64,000 nucleotides of DNA from Trypethelium eluteriae (lineage: Eukaryota). The notes beneath the pieces were generated by a model. The model was not told where the DNA came from and made no database searches. It saw only the letters and a program-made list of their open reading frames with translations. The stretch lies in NCBI GenBank assembly GCA_051942245.1, contig JAVECL010000013.1, forward strand, positions 1 to 64,000, written 5' to 3'. How positions within the stretch are numbered: position 1 is the stretch's first letter; each line of letters begins with the position of its first letter. Below are positions 48,009 to 60,917 of the stretch, in pieces. The position numbers and the translations under genes were made by a program.

Positions 48009-49799
48009 ATGAATTGGACAGGTGGAAAGCTACAACGACATAAGCATAGTGGCAACGGGCGTATCAATAGACAAAAGGCCTTTTTCGCTAGGCAAAGGAC
48101 TAATTTACAGAACGCTCCACTGTCAAATTCGACGCCAACCATCCCTTTCTTTCAGAACGAGAAGCCCTCGGGTCACGTCTCTTCACTGGTAGACCTTAAT
48201 TTATCAAGGCCGGAACTAATAAGTCAAAAGGCCAATAAATGTATTCAACGTGGCAACAAAGAATCGCTTACCTCTACTGTAAGATTCGAAGGTCGAGTGA
48301 AGAAACGCAAAAGACAGAGTAAGTACGGAGAGGCCTCAGTCAAACCTTACCTTGACGAGGACACCTTTCTGGGGATCTGCAAGGAAGGACAGGGATTGAG
48401 TGTTCCTATCAAGCCCCTCCTTTTTCGTTGCGGTCTTGGATACTGACGAATACTGGCTTTAGTAAGCGACCGCGGACTTTCCTCGAGGGGACAAGATTCT
48501 GAACCACTAGGTGAGGTAGAGACTTGCCGCAAAAGACTCCTGGAACAGGGCGATTGGCTAGAACTTGCGCCTACTCGTCCGCTACAGGTACATTTCTCAC
48601 GGCAAGAAAAGCGATACCGGTTCGGAAAGAGGCGAAGGATTGGCGAGGAGTTTCGTCCAGCTGAGAAGATAAGGACCCGGTTGCCGGTCCTAGACGATGA
48701 TGTTTCTAAGGAAATCCCTCTGATGAGCGGTGCGTTTAATAATGTGGTGGAGCCCGTTCATGTACGGATCGGAAAAGACGCCCTCGCTACCGAAACCCGG
48801 GTCTCGGGTCAGAGTAGTGTGAATAATGAGCATACTCCCCAACGTGATCCCTCCCCAGATTCGATGTTACTAGATGCCGAAGAGACGAACGAGCTAGAGG
48901 GTGAGCAGCCGACACCCGCTAAAGCATACGAGAGAAGTGCTGGAAGCATGTCCACAGATGCGGAGGTATGGACTTTAAAAGCATCCCGGCCTTCCACCAG
49001 GCATATCCAAGGTTCCAATTCAGCCCATTCCAACGACCAAGATTCAGTTCGAGAAGACCATCAAATTTTTCAGGGTATATCAACGGAGCGCGACTGGACA
49101 AGGATCTCCACAGCATGCGATAAATTAGAAGGCTTCCTTGGCTCCTCTCGCAGTGACCTGAAAGACGGGAGCCCTGAGCAGCGACTGGTTTTCCCTACCC
49201 CAGATCTTGATTCACGAAGCGTCAATACCTCTAGAGTGGAATCGGAAGACCAAGCAGAAGGTCTCGAAGAGACCAATTACGCCTGGAGGGCTTTCCTACA
49301 TTTGCCAAATGAAACATCTGAACTTGCACTTGGCTCTGCGCGCACTCAAGGCAGTTTGTCCATGAATATAACAGAGGATAGGGAAACGTTAGCTTCACAG
49401 CACCCAGCATGCGCCATGGGATCCCGCTTCGGCACTACTTCTGCCGAAGGAGCTTCTCAAGAACTGAATAGTTCAGGAACAGGAGTTCCTGTATCAAGCA
49501 ATTACCCCCAATTGGAGGCGAGGGAGAGGCCTGGTCAATCTCCGCGAACATTCCGCCATGCTTCACTTGAGCGATTGCAAATACTTGAAAGAGTATCATC
49601 AGAGCGGTCTCCAGCAGAATGCGACGAGGATCTCTGGAAGAGATTTGTATTCGGCAACGAAAGCGAGCATGAAACGCAAGTACTTCCACATCGTCCTGGG
49701 CAGGTTCCTTCTTCATCAGGAAATGGTATCCCTCGAGCCTCGACATGGTCGATTACGCCTTTGGCGCTGAAAAGCTCATCACTCAATTCGCCCGTGTGA
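48009..49799 (+). CDS. Ascomycete hypothetical protein, largely disordered, 2 exons
   Basis: Starts MNWTGGKLQRH...RQKAFFAR. Intron 48319-48462 (GTAAGT...TACTGAC...TAG) joins in frame to RKRLLEQGDWLELAPTRP...FGKRRR...LWKRFVFG. The true 3' end is uncertain. Confidence 0.65.
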
Positions 49800-52700
49800 T
49801 TTCTGGGCCTTTCCAATAGGAGTGTCCCACGCTGTAGCACAGTTGAAGCAGTTTCTCCTTAGTTTCTGCTGGATCTACTTGCAACAACATTTCAGATCTA
49901 CAGCCAATGGAAGTATGAGCACAGTTTGCCGCTCTTCGGAAAAATAGAACGCCTGGGTGCGCCTTTTACAAAGTGCAACGAGGCCGCAACCGGAACACTC
50001 GGCAAAGCCGCTTTTCGTGGATTTAAGGACCATGCGACCCACACGCTGAGCTGATTCGCTTATTCTGTCGCGACACAGGATTCGAAATCTACAGGGTACC
50101 GTCTAGAGCCTCGGACAAGATCGAAGTGCTGAGTAAGAAGCACGCTTGTGGGGAGATGAGAGCCACAAGAAGCATGCATGTACGTCCTCTTTGTTATTTA
50201 GTCTGCAGTATGTCCTTCTACACTAGTAGCATCACCTCAGTTTCTTGAAATATGATAGCGCTGTGCAATAGCAGCATCCATTGACAGTCAGAAGACAATA
50301 ATTGCGAGGGGGCTGGCAGGGCTGACAGTGGGTCTTCGTGAGCCAGATATATATTGAAAACAGCTTCACTCTCATTGCAGTGCTCAAGCTACCAAGTTTG
50401 AAATTTTCTTTCGAAACCGCGAACTGCAGATCTGGTGGACAAAATGATCTGAAACGCTGTTGGGCTATGAATGGAAACGGGTCCATGCACCCCACAATCT
50501 CCCCATGTTTGTTCTTGGCTGCACATCATCCTTTTCCCTGCAAAAATTTTCAGGCAATGGCCCGAGCTCACAATGAGACACTGTGGGGTTCCTGCAGCCT
50601 TATCCAGATTATTCTGGAAATATGCTCAGCGAAAGACTCGTTTCCCGCAAAACTTTCTGCACACTGCAATTTTCCAATAAACTCTCCCAAATTTAATCTT
50701 TAGGCTTATTTCACAGCGCACTAGGAATGACAATTGTCTAAAATAGCAGTGGATACCACAGTAGCGGTCAGGTGTTGGACCAATCGCGACCCTAAAATTT
50801 ACTATTTTCCAGCGAATGCTCGGCAGTTCCCGCCACTCGGTGCCTTGGACGAGAACGGCCAACTCAGACTTTTTACACCGCTATTCAGTCACGTTGCGCT
50901 GAGCTGACAACAAAGGTGTCCTGAAATGGTGAACATTCACGGCAATTGGCCCACTAGCACCAACCGAGACTCGTAACGCTCGTTGAGGAGTATGGGCTTG
51001 GATCGCACAAATGCCGTCAAAGTACGTCGGGATCACGAATGTAACGGGGGCCAGCTCTCACTTGCTGTGGGTGGGAGCTGGGGTCTGGCTCCTGAAAGGC
51101 TGTGCTGTGCTGCGACCACCGCGACGGATTCATCAAGCAGGATGTCAGCAACCCGCGCCAACCTTGTTTCCGTTGGGAGTGCGCAATAATATGCGACAGC
51201 TGCGCAACATCTTCCCACTAGCCACGCCATGAGGATTAATTATCAAACCAGACCAGCAAAATAATCGCCGGTTATCCCGGCTCGAGCGGTAATATAAGGC
51301 ACATTAAGCGCAAGAGGATCGAGCGAGAGAGATCTCCCTTACTTAGCAGGTCCTAGGTCAGCGATAACGTCTGCTAGTGAGCTATCTCGACCACGACGCA
51401 GGGCTGTATATCGGCATAATACACACTACTTGTGTGTAGCACTGTCGGCGAGCAAGCTCGGTGAGAGGCAGCGACAAAGCGTTATCTTCATTCGGAAGGT
51501 CTAATCAGCCAATAGTATCACCAATGCTTTTGGTATGACGTTGAAGCACGATATCATTTATTGACTTACCTACTCTGGGGCCCTGGCAAGCCAAGCGCTA
51601 TGCACGCGTGGTCTCGGCAGATCCGCGGCGGGCCACCTGGAAAGTAACCGGGTTCTCGGAGTTGCGAGCGCCCATCTTTCAGAGCACGGAGTCGGGCGGC
51701 TCGAAGTCGCCCTCTGCCGAGGAATCCACCATCATTCAAGCATCATGCTCCCTCTTTGCTCACTGCAGACAGCGAACATCGCTGCTGGGAACTAGCGGGA
51801 CGCGCGCCGCAAAATCAGTCGCCCGTACTTTGAGGCGTTCCCGCCGCTGTAAGATTTGGGGCTCTGTTTCAGCTGTCATTCGCGGATGCAGAAGGTTTGG
51901 CAGGATGCAGAAATTGCATGAGCATCATTTTTAGCGTTCCACGGCACGAGGTGTCAAGGCGGGTGTCATGGATATTAGTAATCTTACAGCGAAGCAACGT
52001 GTCTTGCCGGGCCCATGGCGTGGCGCGCCTGCCAACAGCCTTCAGGTAGGTATGCAGCTGCTGGTCAGAATTGCGATGGCAGTGGTCAGGCCCGGGAGGA
52101 TGCAGGAGGGTGCAGCAGCGTGCAGACTCTTAGCAAGTTCAATTTGGGTATGGGAAGCGCTGCTGGAGTCCGTAAGGGGCGCTGGTGGTCGCCATGCCTG
52201 CATGTCGCCTGTCCAGTATTGTGCGTACCCGAACAGAAGGCAGTGACTTCGAGAGTCGACGCAGCGTCGCTAAGCTGAATCGGACGATGACGCAGGCCGG
52301 CAGGGGTGGAGGAGGATTGGATGGAAACTTGGCCGCTAGTGCTGCTTCTAGCGTCAGGTACAGAAGGCCGGACGAACAGTCGGCCTCCAGTCGACCTAGT
52401 ACGGAGTACACAGAAATTTCTATATAGCCATCTCTAGGGAGGTACGCGGGTACGCAGCGCAGTCGAAGCCGCTTGCATTGGGCGTCTTCTGCGTTCTGCA
52501 TCCTGCGCGAGTAAGACTGCGAGGCGACCGGCTTCTGCCCTCCTCGCTCTCTCCACCCTTTCTCGCCAACACGCAGCCAGGCTGAAGCCCCAATTCCGCA
52601 GCCTCCCCAGAAGCGAGCCAGGTGAGCCAGCGGAATCGTGGGGAAGGAGATTGCAAGGGTTGGCCGCTGGGCCACGCCAATTTTTTTTGCTCAATCCTCG

Positions 52701-53530
52701 CACCTCGCCTGAGGTCCACTCAGATCTTTGCTTCCCCATTCTCACCCATCACTCCAACATCACCGCCTCACTGCTCTTCTCCACTGCCCATTCCTTGCCC
52801 GCACCCGCCCCCCTGTGGGCCTCTGCCTCTTGCTTAAGATCCACCATTCCATCCTGCTACGCTCATCGCTGACTCCTTTCTGGCCCCCCGGCGCCCTGCT
52901 ACGGTTGACCCAGTCCTACTCTTCTCGCGTGCGCCGCTGCCGCGTTGTCTGTCCTTAAAGTATCCACGCCTGGCAGCGTGTGCTATCTTTGACCCGCCGC
53001 ATTCTACCTTCTGCAGCGTCTGTCAGCCTCACGGCGTGGCCTTGACTGCATCTTTTTAGGCATTAAGCCCTATTCGTCTGCTACTGCAGCTGGATCTACA
53101 ACCACAGGCAAGACCACTGCGGGCCGCCACTAGAAGGGCGCAAGACATCACTCCCAGCATTGTAGGCTAACAACCCCTCCTGACCTCGCGCATCATTCTA
53201 ATCAGACCTACAGAGAATCGTGTCTCCCTAGTGGTCGCATTGCATCTGGCTCGCCCGCCTTTCCCGCTTACCGCGCAAAGCAACTCCAAAACCCCCGACA
53301 GGACGCCAGCGCAGATCAATTAGATTTCGAGCAGCTCGAGCATGGACTAGGTCTACCTGCCTGCACGCCAGTCTCTCCCTCCCCCACCTACGAGTCCATC
53401 CGATTGGCACGTTGAGGCTGGTTACCTTGTACCACACTGCACAAAAAGTTTTGTTTGTCCTTCATCATGCATTTTCCTTGACGCAGGTCGCAAAAAGGCA
53501 ATCGCCTATACTCGAACAACATAGCACATC

Positions 53531-56500
53531 ATGACCGCCTCGTCAGATCCACCGACCGGTTCTTCTACCCTCCATGAGGAAACACGGCCCGGGGGACAGC
53601 TTTCAAAGGACTCTCCTACGCGCAGACCATTTAGTCACAGTGTCAAGGTCGAGACTGAGATACCTATGACGGTAACCCCAGCATCTGCGCTTAGTGCTTC
53701 CTCCCGAAATAGTCCCTCACCACATCCATTGCGTTTGCCCTTGGATTCTTCTTCGACCCCAAATTCCCTTGCTCCAGAGTTTCTTTCGTCATCAGTCTTG
53801 TCACCAACTCCTTCCCTTCCGGATTCTCCTATGTATTCGCTACACATACCCTCTCCAACGTCTCCTCCAAGCGCAATGAGTCAGGCCTTGGCAGGGAGCT
53901 CTCGAACAGGCTTGATCAGAAGATGGTCTCGGGGGGCATCGAACAAGCTCACCCGATGCCGTCCATCAACGTCGAACAAAAACCTGCGCGACCAGAGCGC
54001 AGGACCCGTCATCATGAGGCGTAGGAGCGATAGCAGGACTACCTCAGATCCTCAACATGATGTCTCTGATCTCGAGCTAGATGCTAAAGAGGACGAGAGC
54101 GTCGAGGATTGCAACTCATTATTCAGTCCTGATGCTAAACCACGTGGCCTCGGAATTTCTACACGCACAATTCGACGGCAGGACTCGGATATTGGGGGAG
54201 GCATCGGGCCTACGAGACCTCAAATCCTTCAACAAGGCACAATTCTTACCAAAGTCACTCGAAAAAAGTGCAAAGACCTAAAATTTCATATCAACTATGA
54301 TGCTGCAAAAGTCTACTGGGACCCGACCAAGAGCAGCAAGCAATTCTATATCGACGACATTCGTGACATACGGGTAGGCGTCGAGGCCACCAATTACCGC
54401 CAAGACTTTGGTGTATCTGCTGAGGCCGAGAGTCGTTGGTTCACAATCCTCTATTCTGACGCGAGTCAATCCAAGGGTCGAATGTTGAAGACAATCCATT
54501 TGATTGCTCACACTGATCATGTCTTTAAGCTATGGACTAGGACCCTGGATGGGATCGCTAGGAGCCGAGCCGAAGTGATGGAAGGTCTGGCTGGCCCTGG
54601 TGAGAAATCAATCAAATTTCTTTGGCGACAAGAAATGACAAAGAAATTTGGCCCCGAGCACGCAGAAAGCGAGGAACATATGGACTTGGATGATGTGTAT
54701 CGAATCTGCAGGAGCTTGCACATCCATTGCACCAAGAATACCCTTCGTGCCCAGTTCAGTAAGGCAGACGAGGGCAGCACGGGCTCCCTTCATTTTGAAC
54801 AATTCAAGCGCTTCGTCAAGCGACTGCGGGAACGTGACGACATCAAGCGGATTTTCAAAGATATCCCTCTGACCTCTGCAGAAGGACTGGACCAGTCTCG
54901 TTTCCTAGACTTCCTACGAAATACTCAGGGCGTGGACGTCGACAGTCAAGCAGCACATTGGAAAAGCGTGTTTGAAAAATATGCCACGCTCAATAAGTCG
55001 AGGGTGAGCAGCACTGAACTTGGTTCGGACACACTGGCAACAACGATGGACCTGGCTGGTTTCCGAAGCTTTCTTTGCTCGGACGATAATTCCGCGCTCG
55101 CACAAGCTGGGCCTACGCACCCACTGGACAGACCATTGAATGAGTACTTCATCTCGAGCTCTCATAACACCTACCTTCTCGGCAGACAGGTGGCAGGTGA
55201 ATCAAGCACTGAAGCTTACATTTACGCTCTTCAAAAGGGCTGTCGCTGCATCGAGATCGACTGCTGGGACGGAGCTGATGGAAGACCGGTAGTTATGCAC
55301 GGCCGCACCCTGACTTCGAAAGTTCTTTTCTCGGACTGCATTGACGTTATTGCAAAGCACGCCTTCGTCTCTTCTCCCTATCCACTCATCATCTCGCTTG
55401 AAGTCCATTGCAATCCTGAGCAACAGGCTGCGATGACCCAGATCATGAAAGACAAGTTTGGAGATCAGCTCTTGCTTGAGCCCATCATGACCAACACAGT
55501 CTCACTTCCTTCCCCCGAAGAATTGAAAGGAAGAATTCTCATCAAGGTCAAGGCTTCCAAGTCAGCAGACGAGGGGGCTGTGATGCGCGACATGCCTACT
55601 ACCGGCCGTCAGCGAAGCTTAAGTACACCGTACTCCCAATCCGGCACCAGCGATTGCGCGAGCATCACCACGTCGCCTGTAATATCAAGTCCAGTATCTA
55701 TCAGCCCAACAGAATACTCGGGAACATCCTATTGGTCAGCGCAACGCAGTTCGTTCACATCGGCTTCTGGTACTCCAGCTAGCCCCAGCTCATCCACTGA
55801 AGATAGTGATCTTCAAGTGCCCGCCATTCCTGGCAAAAAGAGTAAAAAGAAGACCAGTAACATTGTCGGTGTTCTCGGCGAACTTGGTGTGTATACTCAA
55901 GGCATTAAATACTCGGGGTTCAAGGCTGCCGAAAGCAGAAGGTACAACCATGTATTTTCGTTTGCTGAACGCACTTTCGAGAATCTTTACCGCAAAGAGC
56001 CCGATAACAAGACGCTACTCGAGAAGCATAACGTCCGATACCTTATGAGGGTCTATCCATCTGGTTGGCGTGTGTTATCGACAAATTTCGATCCGATCCG
56101 TTATTGGCGCTCAGGTGTTCAGATGGCTGCTCTGAACTGGCAAACGTATGATGTTGGCTTACAGATCAACGACGCGATGTTTGCAGCGGGCTCAGATCGG
56201 ACGGGTTACGTTCTGAAGCCAGCAGAGATGCGCCAGTTGAGGTCTCGCGCTGCTTCTGGGCCCGAAAACTCTACCAAGACGGAAAAGAAGCTTGTCAGAG
56301 TTTCAGTGGATATCATATCCGGACAGCAACTTCCGCGGTCGCGAGGTCTGAGTACAGAGGCGAGCATCAACCCATGTGTCGAGTTGGAGATGTTCAGCGC
56401 AGACGACAGAGCTCAAGGCATCGCGGTGGATGAGCGTGGTCGAGACGCTTTGGATCGCAATAGCATCTCAGGACTCGGATCTCCACTTAGGAAAAGCACC

Positions 56501-56932
56501 CGACCGGTCCTAAGCAATGGACATGATCCGGTTTTCGACTCGAACTTCACGCTCAGCCTCGAGACGCAATACCCAAGCTTGGTGTTTGTTCGTTGGAACG
56601 TCATGAACTGTCCTGGTGGACGAAACACTTCTGATCGACATTCTCTCGCAACCTTCACTGCCAAACTGAGCAGTCTCGAAGAGGGATATCGACACCTTCC
56701 CCTGTTTGACGCCAACGGAGAGCAATATCTCTTCTCGACCTTGTTTGTGAGGATTAGGAAGCAGCAACCCACTGTTTCCTCCATGCCTCCTCCCCCTACA
56801 CCCGAATCTCTTGGCTCGCCAGAGTCGGCAAATTTCCTGAAACGTGTCTTTGCCCGAACACCATCTCAGCCTCGGAGGACTACCGACTCGAGTAGCAACT
56901 CCACTTTCAGCCGTACCAATTCAATGAACTAG
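53531..56932 (+). CDS. PLC1: Phosphoinositide-specific phospholipase C (delta-like: PH, EF-hand, X, Y, C2)
   Basis: PH region (FYIDDIRDIRVG), EF-hand region, X box YFISSSHNTYL...CIEIDCWDG...HGRT...SLEVHC, Y box LMRVYPSG...QMAALNWQT...GYVLKP, C2 domain ending GYRHLPL. Confidence 0.96.
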   Translation: MTASSDPPTGSSTLHEETRPGGQLSKDSPTRRPFSHSVKVETEIPMTVTPASALSASSRNSPSPHPLRLPLDSSSTPNSLAPEFLSSSVLSPTPSLPDSPMYSLHIPSPTSPPSAMSQALAGSSRTGLIRRWSRGASNKLTRCRPSTSNKNLRDQSAGPVIMRRRSDSRTTSDPQHDVSDLELDAKEDESVEDCNSLFSPDAKPRGLGISTRTIRRQDSDIGGGIGPTRPQILQQGTILTKVTRKKCKDLKFHINYDAAKVYWDPTKSSKQFYIDDIRDIRVGVEATNYRQDFGVSAEAESRWFTILYSDASQSKGRMLKTIHLIAHTDHVFKLWTRTLDGIARSRAEVMEGLAGPGEKSIKFLWRQEMTKKFGPEHAESEEHMDLDDVYRICRSLHIHCTKNTLRAQFSKADEGSTGSLHFEQFKRFVKRLRERDDIKRIFKDIPLTSAEGLDQSRFLDFLRNTQGVDVDSQAAHWKSVFEKYATLNKSRVSSTELGSDTLATTMDLAGFRSFLCSDDNSALAQAGPTHPLDRPLNEYFISSSHNTYLLGRQVAGESSTEAYIYALQKGCRCIEIDCWDGADGRPVVMHGRTLTSKVLFSDCIDVIAKHAFVSSPYPLIISLEVHCNPEQQAAMTQIMKDKFGDQLLLEPIMTNTVSLPSPEELKGRILIKVKASKSADEGAVMRDMPTTGRQRSLSTPYSQSGTSDCASITTSPVISSPVSISPTEYSGTSYWSAQRSSFTSASGTPASPSSSTEDSDLQVPAIPGKKSKKKTSNIVGVLGELGVYTQGIKYSGFKAAESRRYNHVFSFAERTFENLYRKEPDNKTLLEKHNVRYLMRVYPSGWRVLSTNFDPIRYWRSGVQMAALNWQTYDVGLQINDAMFAAGSDRTGYVLKPAEMRQLRSRAASGPENSTKTEKKLVRVSVDIISGQQLPRSRGLSTEASINPCVELEMFSADDRAQGIAVDERGRDALDRNSISGLGSPLRKSTRPVLSNGHDPVFDSNFTLSLETQYPSLVFVRWNVMNCPGGRNTSDRHSLATFTAKLSSLEEGYRHLPLFDANGEQYLFSTLFVRIRKQQPTVSSMPPPPTPESLGSPESANFLKRVFARTPSQPRRTTDSSSNSTFSRTNSMN

Positions 56933-57964
56933 AGCAGTACTTCGCTCTGACCGCCTTTCATTGTACAATATTTTCTTGTTTTCCTGTACCATGGAGTTCA
57001 GGCCGTTACAATGCTCAAACAGCCAGCACTGGCAGCCGCCCAGGCACGATTTCCATTTGTTGCCGGAGTTCGTTAGGGCTGCCTCACTTTTTTTTTTTTT
57101 TTTCCGAACGCAAATAAGATACCCCACATAGTTCCTCATCTGGTTGGCGTTACGCTGCTTGCGTTAATCTTTCCAGGCATTACGGATGGGGCACCCAAAT
57201 AGACGTACGATATGTACAATAGCCTCGCGGCTCGTACAACTTCTCGCTTTGACCTTCTATTTTCCTTCGTTTCCTTCTTCCTCTCTTACTCTTCAACTAC
57301 AGGTGTGGTCATTAAAGGCTGGACCTTGCGTTCGCTCGTGCCTTTGTAAAGCTTTTCCTTTGTACCGCCAATCCGGCGGTCTTGCTTCGATTCATTTCTT
57401 GCTCCCGTGGAGGAGAACTTCATGCAGCTGATGTTGAATCGTCGCTCACATTGAAGTTTTAAGGCATAGAATTCGGGACGATCATATGTCCGCTCCTCTT
57501 CTCCTTCTTTTATTCAAAAATGACTTCTTTGTACCATGGGGTTCCGGTCGGGTCTGGAGGATTGCGATGCATTAGGGTTCCAATGGGAGGCTAAGGTTGC
57601 TGAATAGCACCTTCTGGCATTTGGTGCATTTGTCAACAAGTTGTAACATAGGCATCACCCTGCAGCCCGTTCAATCAAGTCCGCAGTTGAGGCAAAAGAA
57701 ACTATTTTTGCATGCTCTGCCACTGAAACAAATGAATCCCTGAGATTGATGTCCGTCTGTGACTCGTTTGATGCTAACACACTCAGGATCTCATTTCCTT
57801 GGTATCATATGCCGCCATCAGTCATTGCCCCTATCGGCAATATTGATCCCAAGCCCCGAACCATGCTAAAACCTCCGCCTCAGAACGCCGCGATTCCATT
57901 CGAGCCCTATGCGTTGCTCCTACTCATGACTCGTAGGATCTCCTGCAACCAATCGAAGTCTCGC

Positions 57965-59098
57965 CTATCTGAGCGCCTTCCTTGCGAAGGTAGGCAAGAC
58001 GAACGCCGCCTTATGAACCTCGGCACTATAGTATCGGCACAATTTTTCCTCTTCCTCCTTGCTCCACGTTCGCAATGGCGTTCTCACGTCACGTTCAGAG
58101 TCCTTGCAGCATACCATGAAGCCAATTTGACCGGAGGGATAGGTGGGTATCGTTGTGTAGGCGTATTCGACGACAGGAAATACTTCCTTACACGATTTCT
58201 TAAGCTTGGAGATGAGAGAGAGATGGAGCCATTGGTTCTCAGCTAGCGTAAGTCAGTCAGCACAATCTTGCGTGTTGTCTTAAAGATGAATGATGCGGTC
58301 CTAAGATGCAGTGTTGGGAAAGGTAAGAGGGGGCTTACAACCTTGAGTCGTGATGACGCCGCCGTCACGCAATGCACCACGAAGGAGTTCAAAGTACGGC
58401 TTCTGGAACAAGGATTCGGCCGGACCCTCGGGATCGCTCGAGTCGGTGATAATGACGTCGAACTCATTTGTTCGGTCCCGTAGGAATTCAAAGCCATCAC
58501 CAATGTGAGTCTTAACTGCTGGGTGCTGTACATATCGAGGGTCAGATACTGATTGCAATGATGGGTCGAGGTTCATGTACAGACCTGAAAGCCGACAGAC
58601 ATGCCCGGGAGATACTTCTTGGACAGACGGATTACAGCTTCGTCAATATCGCACAGGGTGGCCTCCTTCACAGTCTCGTGCTTGACAACCTCGCGCAAGA
58701 CACCGCCATCTCCACCACCAATGACGAGCACTTTCTCCGGGTTCGGGTGTGCGTTCATGGCAAGATGTGTGATCATCTCCTGATACCTGCTCTCTTCCTT
58801 AGCCATGCTCTGCCTTCAATTGAAAGTTTCACGTACGAGAATTCATCGCGCTCGGTGCATTGAATGACGTTATCCAATACGAGGACGGTACCATAATCGC
58901 TGGACTCGAAGATGAGGACATCCTGGTACTTGCTTTTCTCATGATGCAAGACCTGATTGACTCTCAGAGTCATGGCCTGACCGGGCCACATGTCAGATAC
59001 CTCGCGAAACCAGCCATCTGCCAATGTCAGAACCTACGGGCCTAGACGAGTGCTGTGGAAGGCCCACCTTTGATTGTTGGATGGGTAATTTCACTCAT
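57965..59098 (-). CDS. SPE3: Spermidine synthase, multi-exon
   Basis: [10 protein letters not shown] / DGWFRE...WPGQAM...KSKYQD...[13 protein letters not shown]...[15 protein letters not shown]...[14 protein letters not shown]...[10 protein letters not shown]...[13 protein letters not shown]. Stop at 57965-57967. Confidence 0.96.
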
Positions 59099-60917
59099 GA
59101 CTGGAGCGGTATCAGGTAAAAGACCTGTCCTCGAGAGGGAGTTGTAGTGTACCCGAGGTAGGTCGTTGGATTGTGTGGTGGTTTGCAGGTAACTCAGCAA
59201 ACTGCACGAGAATTTTTTTTATTTCCTAAAACGCATGGCAACGTGGTGGGGTGCGGGGCGGTCTGGCCACTCTGTGTCACCTTCACGTTCCTGCTCCTGC
59301 CCTGGCGAAGAGTACCTCTTTGCAACTTCTTTTTGGCCACGCCCCAACAATATAAGGTATGTACATGAGTATGGCCGTGATGAGATAGGTACATATAGGT
59401 ACGTACAATAGTGTGACTAAAGTTTTCTCAAAAGATTCACATATAGACACGTGAGCGAATCTTGGCCCGGGCTTAACAAAGCTGACTGGCAATCTAGCCT
59501 GATTGCCAGTTACCGTATTTGATCTTCAACCCACGCCAGGCCACAAAGCAGGACAGAGACAGAAATCAAGTCACTGTCGACTTCCTCTTCAGGAAGACTG
59601 CTTCTACCTGCGTTTGCCGACGAGATCTTTGTCATTTTCGCCCCAGACCTCGGTAAGATCCACTCTGGTACTGAGCGATTTCAAAGCCCGAAAACGTCGG
59701 CATATCTGTCTGTCTCTCTGCGAGTACGGATCGCTGTGATGCGGCTCGGATCTTATCTCTCCATTGCTGGAGGGCAAATTTCCGCTCCATGTCGTGATAC
59801 CGCTTCATTATCTTGCTGCATCTAAGATCCGACCGGGCCATTGACCCAAAAGTGCCAGCACCATGCATTTCGTCTGATACTTCTCCAAAATTTTCTGACC
59901 ACCCTTCGACGCAGCGGAGACCATATCCGTCTATGCGTTACACCTGCGAAAAGCAGCCAAGAAAAATCACTGGCCAATCCTCGGAATCAATAACCGACAA
60001 AAAGCAACCTTTGGATGCTTAGGGTTCACAAAAGCGGACGTCCAATCACGCTGATCCACTGGATTAAGTCTCCGGCCCGCGCCGTTCAACTCGATCAAGC
60101 CACCGAGAGCACGGTTCAGACAGCTAGGGTTAGCGAATTGTAAGGCAAGGTTGCCCGATAAGTACGTCTGCCCTCGTCTCCAAAATATTCCGGACGCACA
60201 GTCAAGGAAACATTTCGCCTGCGCGGTCAGGACAGGGGGGTTAAAGTCATTCTAGAACACACCAGCAATCCCCATGTAGGACCCATGCAGAACACGTATT
60301 TATGTACTCCGTGGTGGGTAGGAGGGGCTGCCAACAGGTACATACGGGAGGCCTGAACCTGGCGCAGAACGCCTAAGAAAGCTCAGAAAGGTCTACGGAG
60401 TACGAACATGCACTTGCCCTGCATCAGGAATGACTCGGCGGCGCAGACCACTAAAAGCTTGATCCACGCAGTGGCTGCCTCGGAAAGTGAGGCCGGGCTG
60501 CACTCTGCACGCGCCAGCCTCGTTCCATCCCAAACCTGCCTCGTGAAGGATGCATACCTTGGAGTTCTGAGCGGAAGAAAGCCAAACGCCACAAAGCCAT
60601 CTCTATGCACGCAATCGCACACACACCACCATTATAGAAGCTTGGACTGTTTTGTGGGGGAAAAAAAAAACAAGTCTTGATATTGCTTGATATTGGGAGG
60701 CTCCTGCGGGGTGGACTAGTCTAGTGGGCACGCCATTGCCCCTTGCGAACAACGAACAAACAAAGTACCTATGGTACGGTAGCTTTTCCCAAGAGGTAGG
60801 TCACGCGCACAACAACCGGTAGTCTCGGCTTCCCCTACTAAAGAAACTCCACTGCTACGGAGCAGACTTGACCCCATGCAGAAAGGAACAAACATCCCAC
60901 CCCACCACGCAAGCACC

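Noticed and set aside
13916..53524. Stop-codon reassignment as an explanation for several in-frame TAG/TGA codons
   Set aside because: Core genes in the window end normally in TAG (VPS29, GPAT, PLC1, SPE3) and TGA (NOP16, IMP4, permease), so the standard code applies.
59580..60135. Telomerase RNA candidate (CTAACCCTA on the minus strand near 60125-60133, with U-rich tracts downstream)
   Set aside because: A 9-mer can occur by chance in 64 kb, only about 1 kb is available before SPE3, and no convincing pseudoknot or CR4/5 could be built by eye. A covariance-model search would settle it.
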